A DNA stretch of 64,000 bases, taken from positions 704,001-768,000 of the forward strand of contig CM000430.1 of NCBI GenBank assembly GCA_000165345.1, read 5' to 3'. Below the pieces are notes generated by a model. It saw only the letters and a program-made list of their open reading frames with translations, was not told the DNA's origin and did no database searches. The stretch's first letter is position 1. Every line of letters begins with the position of its first letter. Shown piece after piece: positions 24,282 to 41,760 of this stretch. Position numbers and translations under genes: made by a program.

Positions 24282-26456
24282 ATGGTAGATGAAGACTCAA
24301 ACTCTTCTTTATCTCCATCTTCTAATTCGGAAATTACCAAAATCTCCAATGAATACCATGACCGTGGCAGTGGTAAGAAGAGAAGAACATTTAGCAGGGG
24401 GAGATTCAGAAAGCCAGGAGCGCATGGAAGCCATAAACCAGATATGCCCGGGCTTTCAGCACCAGGAGTTCCGGGAGGAGGTGAACCAGCATCAGTAATT
24501 TCAGAACCAGGTGCAGAAAACTCCAAAGGAAGCAAGTCTGAACCAAAGAACAATCGAAATCTTGGGGGAAGAAAAGACTTCCGTAAATACAGGAACAAGA
24601 AGGTTGACCCAAAAAAAGGCATTTCCAATGCAAAAGAAGGGGTAAGATCTGAATTCAATAAAAATGGCCGAGGTAATTTCGTAATGACGAAGCCAAAATA
24701 CAGTTGGGGGAATGAGTTCTCCAGACTTAGTAAGCTTTATGGGGCTAATATTATTGCAGAGGAGTTGGTTTGCGATGAAGATGAAAACAACAAGCCAACT
24801 GAAGAGAGAAAGAACGATGAAGTTGATGATTCTTTCAGAAAAACCTCAATAAAGTTGTCTTGCAAATATCAGCCAAGCGATCCAGATTTCCCTTTCTCAA
24901 AGCTGAGTGAATATAATATGCAAGATTCCAAGACAGAATTTTCTTCTCCTGAAAAATTTTCAATTTTAATACATATAACCATTCCATCAGGATATCCAAA
25001 AGAAAATATCGACCAAGTTGTTTTTGATACTCCAGAATACCAGTATGTGAGTTCCAAGTTTAACGAAGCTTTTCAAGAATGTATTTCAAAATCTTCCTTG
25101 ACTTCAAATCCAATTTATGAAGCTCTTAAGACATTTGATAGGAATTTTTCAGAATTAGTTTTAAATGGACTTCCTTCAATAGAATCTATTAATGAATTTA
25201 TTCTTTTGAACTGGACTCCTGGGGAGCAAAAGCTTCTAGAAGAGGCAATTTGCTATTACAAGTATACAAAGGACGTGAACAAGAAATGGATTGAGATTGC
25301 CAATCATGTTGGTAATGGAAAGACTGTTAAACAGTGCATTGACAGGTATAAGTATTGTAGGTCTTTAGTGGTCAATAAAGAATCAGAGAAAAAAACCATA
25401 ATGGGGGAGGAAAGTGATGTACAATACGCCACCAATGAATCAAAAGTTGATGATGGACTTTTGTATTCAGAAAAGGATGGTCTCGATAAAACACCAGTGG
25501 AAGAATTGAGCAGATTAAATTTGATGAATTATGAGAATTTGCTCATTAATGGTTTGGAAATTTTTTCTATTGATTTAATTTTGATTGCAATTCTGAGGCT
25601 TCAAATTTATTGCTCAAGATGTAATGAGGTGAATGATTATAAACCAATAAGTATTCCAAGTAACCATGATTTGACTTTAAATAACCAAGACGAAACAAGG
25701 GAATTGACTTTCTTGGATAATTTGGTGTTAGGTAACTCACAAAACTGTAAGAAATGTGGTTTAAAACATTCCATACACTTTTCACCACTAATATGCCATT
25801 CTAATGATATAAAAATTGGGAAGATCGAATTTTCTGAATGCTCATTGAGAGATATTTTACCTTCAGATATTCTTGTCTCATGCTCAAACTGCAGTAATTT
25901 TCTGAGGATTAGAGAGTTCTTTGTGGGGAAGCAGTATTCAGTGAACTGTAGAAATTGTTTTAAAGAACTGAAAATTAAGGCAGATGGTTTAATTGTTGGG
26001 AATGAAATATTTAATGTTGACAAAAGCACAGATTTTTTGCTTGCTGAATTGAATAATATGAAAAAGTTCAAAAAAAAGATTAATAAGGATACAAAGCTTC
26101 CCACAGCTGTTGGTACCCCTCTTCCTTCAAATGGAACTTGCTCACATTATAAGAAATCCAATCGTTGGAACAGATTTCCTTGCTGTAATAAAGCCTATCC
26201 GTGCCATGAGTGTCATGATAAGGATAATCCTGATCATAAGTTTGAATGGGCAAAACAAATGATTTGTGGATTTTGTAGTAGAGAACAGGGATTCTCTGAA
26301 AATTGTAAATATTGCCGTGCAAATCTGACAGGTAAATCAGGTAATGCATCTGGAAGATTCTGGGAAGGAGGTAAAGGGTGTAGAAATCCTCTTACTTTGA
26401 GTAATCGTGATAGCAGAAAACGAAAGCTGATTTCTCGACAACTCAAAAAGACTTGA
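24282..26456 (+). CDS. SANT/Myb-like plus CHY-zinc-finger protein
   Basis: A SANT-like repeat WTPGEQKLLEEAICYY...WIEIANHVGNGKTVKQCIDRYKY lies at about 25209-25375. A C-terminal CHY finger CSHYKKSNRWNRFPCCNKAYPCHECHDKDNPDH...CGFCSREQ...CKYC lies at about 26139-26335. The N-terminus is basic and NLS-like (GKKRRTFSRGRFRK). Confidence 0.65.
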   Translation: MVDEDSNSSLSPSSNSEITKISNEYHDRGSGKKRRTFSRGRFRKPGAHGSHKPDMPGLSAPGVPGGGEPASVISEPGAENSKGSKSEPKNNRNLGGRKDFRKYRNKKVDPKKGISNAKEGVRSEFNKNGRGNFVMTKPKYSWGNEFSRLSKLYGANIIAEELVCDEDENNKPTEERKNDEVDDSFRKTSIKLSCKYQPSDPDFPFSKLSEYNMQDSKTEFSSPEKFSILIHITIPSGYPKENIDQVVFDTPEYQYVSSKFNEAFQECISKSSLTSNPIYEALKTFDRNFSELVLNGLPSIESINEFILLNWTPGEQKLLEEAICYYKYTKDVNKKWIEIANHVGNGKTVKQCIDRYKYCRSLVVNKESEKKTIMGEESDVQYATNESKVDDGLLYSEKDGLDKTPVEELSRLNLMNYENLLINGLEIFSIDLILIAILRLQIYCSRCNEVNDYKPISIPSNHDLTLNNQDETRELTFLDNLVLGNSQNCKKCGLKHSIHFSPLICHSNDIKIGKIEFSECSLRDILPSDILVSCSNCSNFLRIREFFVGKQYSVNCRNCFKELKIKADGLIVGNEIFNVDKSTDFLLAELNNMKKFKKKINKDTKLPTAVGTPLPSNGTCSHYKKSNRWNRFPCCNKAYPCHECHDKDNPDHKFEWAKQMICGFCSREQGFSENCKYCRANLTGKSGNASGRFWEGGKGCRNPLTLSNRDSRKRKLISRQLKKT

Positions 26457-26558
26457 ATTGATAATGGTTATTAAGATCCAAACATTTATTTTTTTTGGAT
26501 TTCTCGACCTTTTGTTTGGCTATAATAAGAAAGAAAAAACCAAATATTATAAAAATAT

Positions 26559-27620
26559 TCAATGTAATATTTCTTGAATAAACGTGGAAACCATTTCAAA
26601 TCCGAATTGTAGACTTATTAGCATGAATGTATAATCTTCAAAATTATCCAATATGTATATTAGTATGTGATTTAATAGTAGAATCATTGATAGCATCTTT
26701 CTTGAAAAAATAAAGAACAATTTTGCAAGTATTATTACCAATAAGTAATATTCTAGGATACGAGAATATAACTTTTTTCTTATGTTATCGAATGAATTGT
26801 TTATTTTCTCAATATAGGATGTTAATTTTGATTTTATATTTTCCAAGATAAATTCAATTTTTCTTGACAAACTTTTTTTCTTATTTCCCATAGAAACTTC
26901 TAAGTTTTTCATTAAATTTTCAATATCTTCGTCTATCAGTTTAATTTCTGTGCTAACAGATTTTGATAAATGTTGAATATAATTATTTACAGTATCTGTA
27001 TTTTCAGCTATTTTTCTGTAGGCTAATTGATCAATTGAATATTGTTTATAAAAAATAGACAAAATAACTAACTTAATAGTAAGATTTTTTGAATTGTTTT
27101 CAAATTTACTGTTTTCATTTCCAAATTTCATTATACCATAATCACCTAGATTAATTTTTGAAAGTTGATTTACAATCCTCTCAATATCTTCAAGCTCATA
27201 CTGATTATACCATTTAATGTCATAGTTACTAATTATTGTGCTATTCAAATATGGATGACTTTGATATGCTATAAATCTTTCTCTTATTTTTGATTTTGTA
27301 TTTTTATTAATTAAATCTATTAATTTTCTTAAGAATATAATATTCTTAGTTCTACCATTAAAGCCAAATATACCATTACTTCCACTCTTAGCTGCTTTCA
27401 ATAAATGAATTAACTCACTTTCTAGAATAATCCAATAACATTTTAATTCTTCTTCTTTCCTAGTAGTACATTGGTCAGTAATTAATATATCTTTTCTTAA
27501 CTCTTGCACAAAATTTTCAAAAAAATCCAAAAAATTCACTTTACACCTGATTTCACAAATTATTACTACGATTAGCAATGCGAATAGCCAAATCTGACTA
27601 CTTTTGAGCTTTGCATGCAT
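26559..27620 (-). CDS. Hypothetical membrane or secretory protein of 353 aa
   Basis: After trimming the listed GTG start, the first ATG gives MHAKLKSSQIWLFALLIVVIICEIRC, a signal peptide or anchor. There are at least two hydrophobic segments at the C-terminus (ILEYYLLVIILAKLFFIF, MILLLNHILIYIL). No family was recognised. Confidence 0.55.
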   Translation of the reverse strand: MHAKLKSSQIWLFALLIVVIICEIRCKVNFLDFFENFVQELRKDILITDQCTTRKEEELKCYWIILESELIHLLKAAKSGSNGIFGFNGRTKNIIFLRKLIDLINKNTKSKIRERFIAYQSHPYLNSTIISNYDIKWYNQYELEDIERIVNQLSKINLGDYGIMKFGNENSKFENNSKNLTIKLVILSIFYKQYSIDQLAYRKIAENTDTVNNYIQHLSKSVSTEIKLIDEDIENLMKNLEVSMGNKKKSLSRKIEFILENIKSKLTSYIEKINNSFDNIRKKLYSRILEYYLLVIILAKLFFIFSRKMLSMILLLNHILIYILDNFEDYTFMLISLQFGFEMVSTFIQEILH

Positions 27621-27971
27621 GCCGGTATTAATTTTTGTCACCTATTAAAAATGAACAAACAGGCGCCAACATGTACATGCATACATTGAGAGTATTTTTT
27701 TGGCCACGTAATAAGGGAGGAAAAAAAAAAAAAAAAAATTAATCCCACACAAATTACAAACTGACATAAAATAATAAAAAAATATTATAAAGGAGGAGAC
27801 TCGTAAGGAAAATTTATGTAAAGATATGCCATAGTTGAAGGTTTTGTATATTTTTCAAGTTAATGATTAAATGTTAAAGAGCAATTTGTTAGGATTAAAA
27901 AATACACATACACACGTAAATATAAAGCAATAAATAAACTTTTTGAAGAGAAATATAATGAATTGATATAG

Positions 27972-29951
27972 ATGAAATTCATCAAATGTTCAAAGGGGCA
28001 GAAGAGAGTGTTATTAATGATAATTTTATTACTAATTTCGTACTACATTTATATTGGAGGCTTTACTTATAGCAAAAATAATAATTCCAAATATGTAGGA
28101 AGATATATACAAGCTTATAGTAAGTGCTTACACGGATATTTTCGAATTTATTGGTTGGAAATACCCAAACTGGCTTTTAAATTAACAAGTTTACTTCCAT
28201 TTGTCAAACGAGGAAGCATTCAGAAACTTTTTGATTGGGGAAATCTCACTAGATTGAATAATGAGGATTCATTATCTAAAAAACAAAGCAAGAGCTGTAA
28301 ATACCTTATTATGCTTTTAAACCCATGGGACTTACCAATTGATTGCATTTCTGAGGAATTTTTGGAGGAGAAATTTATTAGTAGTAGTAGCAAATCATCC
28401 ACATTTATAATGGAGCGTAATCTGAATGATAATCCATGGAGGAAAGAACTCTATAGAAGCATTTCGGAAAGGACAAGTAATACTAATTTTTTTGAAGATC
28501 ATATAACTCTGGCAATGCTCGTAGAAGATTTAGAAAACGAATTATCGAGTTTAATTATAGGGGAAGGCTTTCCGAAAGAAACGGGAGAGGATTATCTAAA
28601 TAGATTATTGGATATATCACTAGACTTGGAGTTTAGTGATGTAGAGTGTAAGAGAACTGTCAATATTAAGAGGCTTTGGGAATTTGGCCGTCTATATAAC
28701 GAATTAAATAAAAACAGTGAATCTTCTAAAGCTGGAGAGTCCAAATACTATAGAGAATTTTTGGCTTTTGTTTATTATAGATGCATTTATGGTGCAGAAG
28801 GCTCTAATATATCTAAGAGTCTAGAAAAGAATACAAATACTGAGCATCTTTTTATTAAGCTTGGAATTAGAGATAAAACTGACTTAAATAAAGGCTCATT
28901 CTTTGATGTGGTTTCCTGTTATCAATTAATTCCTGTCATTGGAATTGAAGATAATGAATTAGTTTCTCTTGGAAATCTATGTGGTTGGGAGTTTGAGAAA
29001 AAAAATTTCTACTCTCAAAATGACATTGATCAGGAAAAAATACACCTTATAAGACAACACATAGTCCAAATCGATGAGATTTATTCAAAGTTAGATATTA
29101 TTCGGCTAAACAACAAGTATTATCAGAATCTAACTAAAGAAAATGAAATGGAGGACTTTCAGACAAGCTATTTTAACCAAATAATACTTCTGTTGAAGAA
29201 GACTACTAGGCAAATAATGATTCAATATACCTTTATGTCTGAAGAAATCGGCAACTTTATTAATTCTTCAAGGAAATTTGATCAAAGTTTTGAAGCCAAA
29301 TCCCCAAAAAGCCCTAGTGTCTATCCTATTATATCAACTACCGATCTCAAAAATAATATTTCCAATCATTACAATAAACAAATTTCAGATTCTATCAACT
29401 GGAAACAACTCATATCAAGTATAGTTGACAACACACAAAACATCCTGGTGAGGGAACACATCAACACAATGTTAATCAATTTCCTATTCGATGCAATTAT
29501 TAACATGCTGAATCCCTGGATAAGCTTGTTCTATCAAGCAAGTTTTATCATTAATTCTTATCTGAGCATTATATCTTTTCTATTGGTTATAGTAGCAATC
29601 CTGGTATGCTTTAACACAATTCCATGCTTCAGAAATGAAAAAGATGAGAAAAAGTCACAAAGTATTTGGTCAAAAGTTTTGAGAATTTACAAGGCTAATG
29701 TAATTGTTATATTATTGAATGCAATTCTTATTTTGGGCGGGCTAATTAGGTATTTATATTTGCCTAATGAAATTGAGCTTTTAAACACAAATATAGCAAT
29801 AATAAAAGCAGTCAATAAGGTATTTAATATTGTACTCTGTCCATGTGTGGTGAATATAATAACATCATTTTCTACAGTTTTTTCAATTTTTCAGTGGCAA
29901 TTAATATGGATGAGCAGAAAACTCTCGTTTTCGAGCTTAATTAATTTATAA
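27972..29951 (+). CDS. Hypothetical multi-pass membrane protein of 659 aa
   Basis: The N-terminal anchor is RVLLMIILLLISYYIYIGG. Three or four C-terminal hydrophobic helices follow (for example SYLSIISFLLVIVAILVCF, VIVILLNAILILGGLI). It is transcribed divergently from the previous gene across a shared 351-bp region. Confidence 0.55.
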   Translation: MKFIKCSKGQKRVLLMIILLLISYYIYIGGFTYSKNNNSKYVGRYIQAYSKCLHGYFRIYWLEIPKLAFKLTSLLPFVKRGSIQKLFDWGNLTRLNNEDSLSKKQSKSCKYLIMLLNPWDLPIDCISEEFLEEKFISSSSKSSTFIMERNLNDNPWRKELYRSISERTSNTNFFEDHITLAMLVEDLENELSSLIIGEGFPKETGEDYLNRLLDISLDLEFSDVECKRTVNIKRLWEFGRLYNELNKNSESSKAGESKYYREFLAFVYYRCIYGAEGSNISKSLEKNTNTEHLFIKLGIRDKTDLNKGSFFDVVSCYQLIPVIGIEDNELVSLGNLCGWEFEKKNFYSQNDIDQEKIHLIRQHIVQIDEIYSKLDIIRLNNKYYQNLTKENEMEDFQTSYFNQIILLLKKTTRQIMIQYTFMSEEIGNFINSSRKFDQSFEAKSPKSPSVYPIISTTDLKNNISNHYNKQISDSINWKQLISSIVDNTQNILVREHINTMLINFLFDAIINMLNPWISLFYQASFIINSYLSIISFLLVIVAILVCFNTIPCFRNEKDEKKSQSIWSKVLRIYKANVIVILLNAILILGGLIRYLYLPNEIELLNTNIAIIKAVNKVFNIVLCPCVVNIITSFSTVFSIFQWQLIWMSRKLSFSSLINL

Positions 29952-30528
29952 TGGTAGATCTAGACTATAAATGGACATGGTAGGAAAATAATATTTTTTC
30001 AGAACAATTTTTGCAAGTAAAAAAAAATAGAGGAGAAACCCCTTACTTGCTAGATTTTACATGTACTAGAGAGTTATAGAAGAGAAAAGGAACGAATTAA
30101 AAAAAAAAGTTTGGAATAAAAAGCAAAATAAAGTACTGAGGATAGATTGAATTGGGAAAATAATTGCGATAAGTTGGGAAGAAAATAAAGGTTTCATGAT
30201 ATATATGTGACTGAATAAGACTATATATTATTGGAATAGTTAATAAACAGGTTTGAAAGAAAAATTAGTAATATTTAATCCAGGATAAAGTTGCAGGTTA
30301 AAAGATTCAAGACACAAAAATACTCACATGATATATATAAATATATGCAAAAAAAGGTAAAAGAGTGATTTGGCTATTTGGAAGTGCTTATTACTCATTT
30401 CGTATATTTATACATATATATGTATTTATATTTTTATACATATATATGTATAAATATATAATATGTATACATGTATATAAATAGTGAGAGAAATTGAATT
30501 AGATTATTGAAACATAATTGGTGGAAAT

Positions 30529-34356
<3,828 letters not shown>

Positions 34357-34427
34357 AGGATTAGAATAAAAACATTTTCATGATAATAATTATCATTATC
34401 TTTAATTAATAAAGAGATAATAATAAT

Positions 34428-37242
<2,815 letters not shown>

Positions 37243-37382
37243 ATTAAATAAGTACTAAAAAGATTCCAATTGAGTTACTTTAAACATGATAAAGTTAGAG
37301 TTTCATTATTTGGTTAATTAATAGAAGAAATTAAATAGGATGGGTAAATTGATTATTATTTTTTCTTTTCTTTTATTCTTTT

Positions 37383-37391
37383 CTATACCGG
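37383..37391 (-). promoter_or_regulatory. CCGGTATAG motif copy (reads CTATACCGG on the plus strand), 141 nt upstream of the GT90 ATG and in its sense orientation
   Basis: Exact 9-mer. Confidence 0.45.
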
Positions 37392-37429
37392 TCTTGAGAT
37401 TCCCCACAGTCAAAACTGCATCACGTGCA

Positions 37430-37446
37430 TTTGGCGCCGGCGGGCA
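37430..37446. promoter_or_regulatory. Composite E2F-type box TTTGGCGCCGGCGGGCA in the GT90 / SF3B2 divergent region
   Basis: It was read directly from the sequence. A second site, TTTTGGCGGGAAA, lies at 37882-37894. Confidence 0.6.
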
Positions 37447-38042
37447 ATGCATTATTTTATATTTTGTAAAATATAAAGTCATGTATATAAAAGACCGCAT
37501 GAAGGATAATTTAATTAATAAAAAGAAAATCAATTAGTGACTGTTTAGGAATGAAAAAGAAAAAAAGTTAATAAAAGAAAATAATATAGGAAAAGTATTT
37601 GAATAAAGACAAAAATTTGGTGGTTTTGTTGAGGTGAATAAGAAAAGGAGAGAGGAGTGGGTGGATGGGGGGGAGGAAGGAAAATAACATGCAAGCACCC
37701 ATTATTTAAATAGGAAAAGCTAGAAAAAGAGATAAATTAAGTAAACACAAAAATCTACAGTTTTCTATCTTAATTGTTAATATTTTCTTTTAGTAAATTT
37801 ATATCTTCTCTTCTTTCGTAATAATATGTAAACTATTTATGTTTTTTTTTTTTTCTGAATATAAAATGTTTTTACAAGAACTTTTGGCGGGAAATCATGT
37901 AAAGCTAAATTATTATTATAGTTAATGATTGAATGTTCCATTAGGAGTAGGAATGGGATTGTTTAAATATTAAATATATATAAATATTTGAATAAATAAA
38001 AAGAGTGTAGAAGAACCAAAATATAATTATGAATAAGAAGAT

Positions 38043-39851
38043 ATGAATGAATTATTACATGTTAGGGAAAAAATGGAAGTAAATAAAGAAGATGAAAAGA
38101 AAAAAGTAATAAATGAACCAATAATGAAGGTAAATGAGAGTCAAGAAGATTCTGTGAATAAGAATAAGAAAAAATTGGAATATAAAAAGTTACAAAATAA
38201 GTTAAAAAAGCAAAGAAACAAGGAAAATCGAAAGAAAAGAAAGTCAGAACAAGTGGGGAATCAATATAAGGATTTGTTAAAAACAAATGAGAAAAGATTA
38301 ACAAATAATATTAGTAATAGAGAAGAAAAAGAAGAAGAAGATATAGTTTTTAAAATTCAAGAAAATGATGAGTTGAAAAAGATGTTTGGAGAATCTTGCA
38401 AACTTTTGATTGGTTTGGATCACGAAAACATACTAGAGGAAAAGGAGAAATATATAGATGAAAACATTGAAGATGACGAAAACATTGAAGATGACGGAAA
38501 TAGTGAAAATAACGGAAATAGTGAAAATGATGAAAATAATGAAAGTAAAAAGTCTGTTATTACCTTTAGAGATGGTAATGAAGGAATCAATATGAAACTA
38601 TTAATGGAAGAAGAAGAAGAGGAAAGGGAGGAAATAGAAAAAAGAAGAAAACGTGAATTCTTGAAAGAAATGAAAAATAGAAATAATGGAGTAATTGGTA
38701 AAATGACAGTTAAAGAGTTAAAAGAAAAAACAAATCATCCAGAATTAGTTGAAATTTGGGATACAACAGCTGAAGATCCAGAATTTCTTGTATATTTAAA
38801 AAGTTGTCTAGGATCAGTTAGAATTCCACATCATTGGAATTCTAAAAGAAGATATTTACAAGGAAAAAAGGGTTTAGAAAGACCCCCATATAAACTTCCA
38901 CATTTTATTGAAGAAACTAAGATTGCTGAAATTAGAGCTTTATTACTTGAAGAAGAAAGTAAGATGACAATGAAACAAAAACAAAGAAGAAAGATACGAC
39001 CAAAGCTTAATAGAATGGATATTGATTATCAAGTTTTGCATGATGCTTTCTTCATATATTCAACTAAACCACATTTGACACAATTTGGAGATTTATATTA
39101 TGAAGGAAAAGAGTTTGAATTTAAATTTAAAAATATACGTCCTGGAAAACTTTCACAACGTCTTAAAGATGCTTTAGGAATGCAACCTAATTGGCCTCCT
39201 CCTTGGTTGGTTAGAATGCAAAAGTATGGGCCTCCCCCTTCATATCCTTATTTAAGAGTACCTGGTGTTAATTCTCAAATTCCTAATGGTTGTGAATTTG
39301 GATTTAGACCAGGTGAATGGGGGAAACCTCCTCTTGATGATCAAGGAAAACCTATTTGGGGACTATTACCACCAATTGAGGATGATGATTCTAATAATTC
39401 AAAAAATACCAATAATTTATATTCTTCCACTTTTGATTATTGGGGAGAAGTCGAATACGACCAATTTGATGATATTGAAAAGTCTGATGATAATCAGCAA
39501 GTTGAAGTTAAAGAAAAACAAAATCATTCTACAAACATTCTTACTAAAAATACAAGTGTTAATATTACTAATGAAGTTTCAAATATTTCAAGAACTAATA
39601 ACACTAGTAACTATTCACAATTGGTTGAAAACCATACTGAAGAAAATAACAATACATCAATTTCTGTTACTTCTAATCCTTTCTTATTCACTCAAAATCA
39701 AACCATTATTAGAGACAATCACAAAATTAGTAATGATAGTCAAGCTGATCAATCTCAAAAACAACCATTATACACAATACTTGAAAGAAATGATATAAAA
39801 ATGGATAATAATTCCATCTTTCCATCATCATTTACCTATAATTATAAATAG
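38043..39851 (+). CDS. SF3B2: Splicing factor 3B subunit 2 (SF3b145 / Cus1)
   Basis: The SF3b145 core block is present (PELVEIWDTTAEDPEFLVYLKS...VPHHWNSKRRYLQGKKG-type region). The PSP proline-rich block is also present (MQPNWPPPWLVRMQKYGPPPSYPYLRVPGVNSQIP...GEWGKPP). Confidence 0.9.
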   Translation: MNELLHVREKMEVNKEDEKKKVINEPIMKVNESQEDSVNKNKKKLEYKKLQNKLKKQRNKENRKKRKSEQVGNQYKDLLKTNEKRLTNNISNREEKEEEDIVFKIQENDELKKMFGESCKLLIGLDHENILEEKEKYIDENIEDDENIEDDGNSENNGNSENDENNESKKSVITFRDGNEGINMKLLMEEEEEEREEIEKRRKREFLKEMKNRNNGVIGKMTVKELKEKTNHPELVEIWDTTAEDPEFLVYLKSCLGSVRIPHHWNSKRRYLQGKKGLERPPYKLPHFIEETKIAEIRALLLEEESKMTMKQKQRRKIRPKLNRMDIDYQVLHDAFFIYSTKPHLTQFGDLYYEGKEFEFKFKNIRPGKLSQRLKDALGMQPNWPPPWLVRMQKYGPPPSYPYLRVPGVNSQIPNGCEFGFRPGEWGKPPLDDQGKPIWGLLPPIEDDDSNNSKNTNNLYSSTFDYWGEVEYDQFDDIEKSDDNQQVEVKEKQNHSTNILTKNTSVNITNEVSNISRTNNTSNYSQLVENHTEENNNTSISVTSNPFLFTQNQTIIRDNHKISNDSQADQSQKQPLYTILERNDIKMDNNSIFPSSFTYNYK

Positions 39852-39877
39852 GCAATAATCTGATATTTATTAATTAA

Positions 39878-40825
39878 TCAATTTAAGTCCATTAATATTT
39901 GAATTTCTTGTTTTAATTCTCTAATTTTTGCTTTCTTATCAAAAATGGATGCAAGGTCGTCAATTATTGTATAGGATATTGTTAAACATAATTCAAGCAT
40001 TTCCTCAAGCTCCTCAATTGTTAAGCCATTTTTACCTTGTAATTTATTCAGTTCTTCTTTAGCCATTAAAAACGGTATATGTGACTGTCTAAGGAATTTC
40101 AAACCTGCAAAACCAGTCAACATTTCCATAAGTTCTTCCTTTAATTCTTCAACATCTAATGCCGAGAATTGAGGGGTAAACAGTAAAGAACATTCCATGA
40201 TAAGTTTTGAAAGTAGATCGTCAATAGAAGCTTTAATATCATTAATAACGCTCTTAAAGTTCTGGATCCCGGAACTTTTTTCGGATTTTAATCGTAATTT
40301 CACGGCAGGATCTTTAATTTTAGATAATGGATGTTGAGTAGTAGTACTAGTAGTCTGTTCCTTGGAATCTTTAGGAGATTGACTTCTAGATCTAGAGCCA
40401 CTTCTAGATTTAGAGCCACTTCTAGATCTAGAGCCACTTCTAGATCTAGAAGTAGTTCTAGATTTGGAATCCTTTCTAGATTTAGAATCCTTTCTAGATT
40501 TGGAATCTCTTCTAGATTTAGAATCTTTTCTAGAATTTGAGTCTCTTCTTCCGGAATGACTATCTTCCACTGAACTACTAGGATTTGGTCCTTCTCTATG
40601 ATTTCCGATAGAAGAACAGAGGCAGCCTACTCTGTATATTCTGGAGCCACACTTTTCACAAAACCCCGAAGTAGGAGCTGAAGCTTTAATTTTCAAGAAT
40701 GAGAAACTTTCAAAGTATTGGACGTATTTAAACTCATAATTTTTGTACGGACTTTTAACAAAAGAAGAATTACTATTAAATATACCAATGAATGCAAGGA
40801 TAAATAAGGCAATACGTAAAAACAT
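39878..40825 (-). CDS. Signal-peptide protein with an SKSR/SRSGSR repeat array and a conserved helical C-terminal domain (paralogue A)
   Basis: The N-terminus is MFLRIALFILAFIGIFNSNSS. The central array is RRDSNSRKDSKSRRDSKSRKDSKSRKDSKSRTTSRSRSGSRSRSGSKSRSGSRSRS. The C-terminal roughly 130 aa are alignable to the next gene. Confidence 0.8.
   Translation of the reverse strand: MFLRIALFILAFIGIFNSNSSFVKSPYKNYEFKYVQYFESFSFLKIKASAPTSGFCEKCGSRIYRVGCLCSSIGNHREGPNPSSSVEDSHSGRRDSNSRKDSKSRRDSKSRKDSKSRKDSKSRTTSRSRSGSRSRSGSKSRSGSRSRSQSPKDSKEQTTSTTTQHPLSKIKDPAVKLRLKSEKSSGIQNFKSVINDIKASIDDLLSKLIMECSLLFTPQFSALDVEELKEELMEMLTGFAGLKFLRQSHIPFLMAKEELNKLQGKNGLTIEELEEMLELCLTISYTIIDDLASIFDKKAKIRELKQEIQILMDLN
40378..40545 (-). 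repeat. Coding minisatellite, 18-nt period, encoding the SRSGSR / KDSKSR units of paralogue A
   Basis: Plus-strand units tctagatttagagccact / tctagatttggaatcctt are repeated about nine times. Confidence 0.85.
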
Positions 40826-41760
40826 AGTTAATGAATTAAAACTTCAAAAGTAATAATAAAAAAGATAATTAAACTCAAAATATGAAAAAAATAATCAAGA
40901 TCCTTAAAAAACTTGCTTTGCTTCTTAGTTATAGGGGATGAAGAAAATGTAATATTATTACTTTAACAATATGCTTGTTGACTTTTCTTAAAAGATTCAC
41001 ATTAACATTAGATTAGCAATGCATGACAAATATATATAAAATATATATTGATTTGTTTCCTTCTGTTATACAAATAATTAAAATAAATATTATTTGTACA
41101 CAAAGCAAAATAATAAAAAAACAATTAAACGAGTATTTTCATCGATACCCTCTTTTTCTTTTTTTCACTCTTTCCTTTATTTTGTGAAATTGCATTAATA
41201 CACAGTTACCGCTCAAATATGGCGCCAATTATTTTAAATGATTTATTTATAGATATATTAATTGAAAGGAGTAATTATAGTTGAATGAAAAATATAAGAG
41301 AAGAAAAGAACAACATAGTAAAGTATAAAGATTTTTTCTTTAAAAAAGTATTTTATAATTATTTCAATAAACTAAGGAAAAAAAGAAATATAGGAAAAGA
41401 ATATGTAAAGTTTATATAAATATATAAAAATAAAAAAAAAATGAATAAATATTTAGGCGGGTAATGCATGCAAAGATAAATAAGAGCGATGAAACGAATG
41501 AATAATGTGGGAATAGAAATAAAATAGATAAATAAACGAAATATTTAAAATTGGTATATTTAAAGAAAGTAAATAAACAAGACTAGATTTTTTTCACAAT
41601 TTCTCAATAACATTAAAAAAATGATTGAATGAACTTGGCTTTGAAATAGCGTTGAATATTGCCATACAAATATGATTAAAGGTATAAAGAAATGCATATG
41701 TACTATATAACTGAAATATATAAAGAACTCCCAAGAAATAGAATATTAATTGACAAATGG

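Noticed and set aside
37318-37537. Overlapping 71-aa (minus) and 65-aa (plus) ORFs
   Set aside because: They sit in a divergent promoter that carries E2F-type and CCGGTATAG boxes. Both are AT-rich-frame artefacts.
39265-39798. A 177-aa alternative-frame plus-strand ORF inside SF3B2
   Set aside because: It overlaps the conserved SF3B2 frame. Its product is I/L/K-rich, which is what an AT-rich off-frame is expected to yield.
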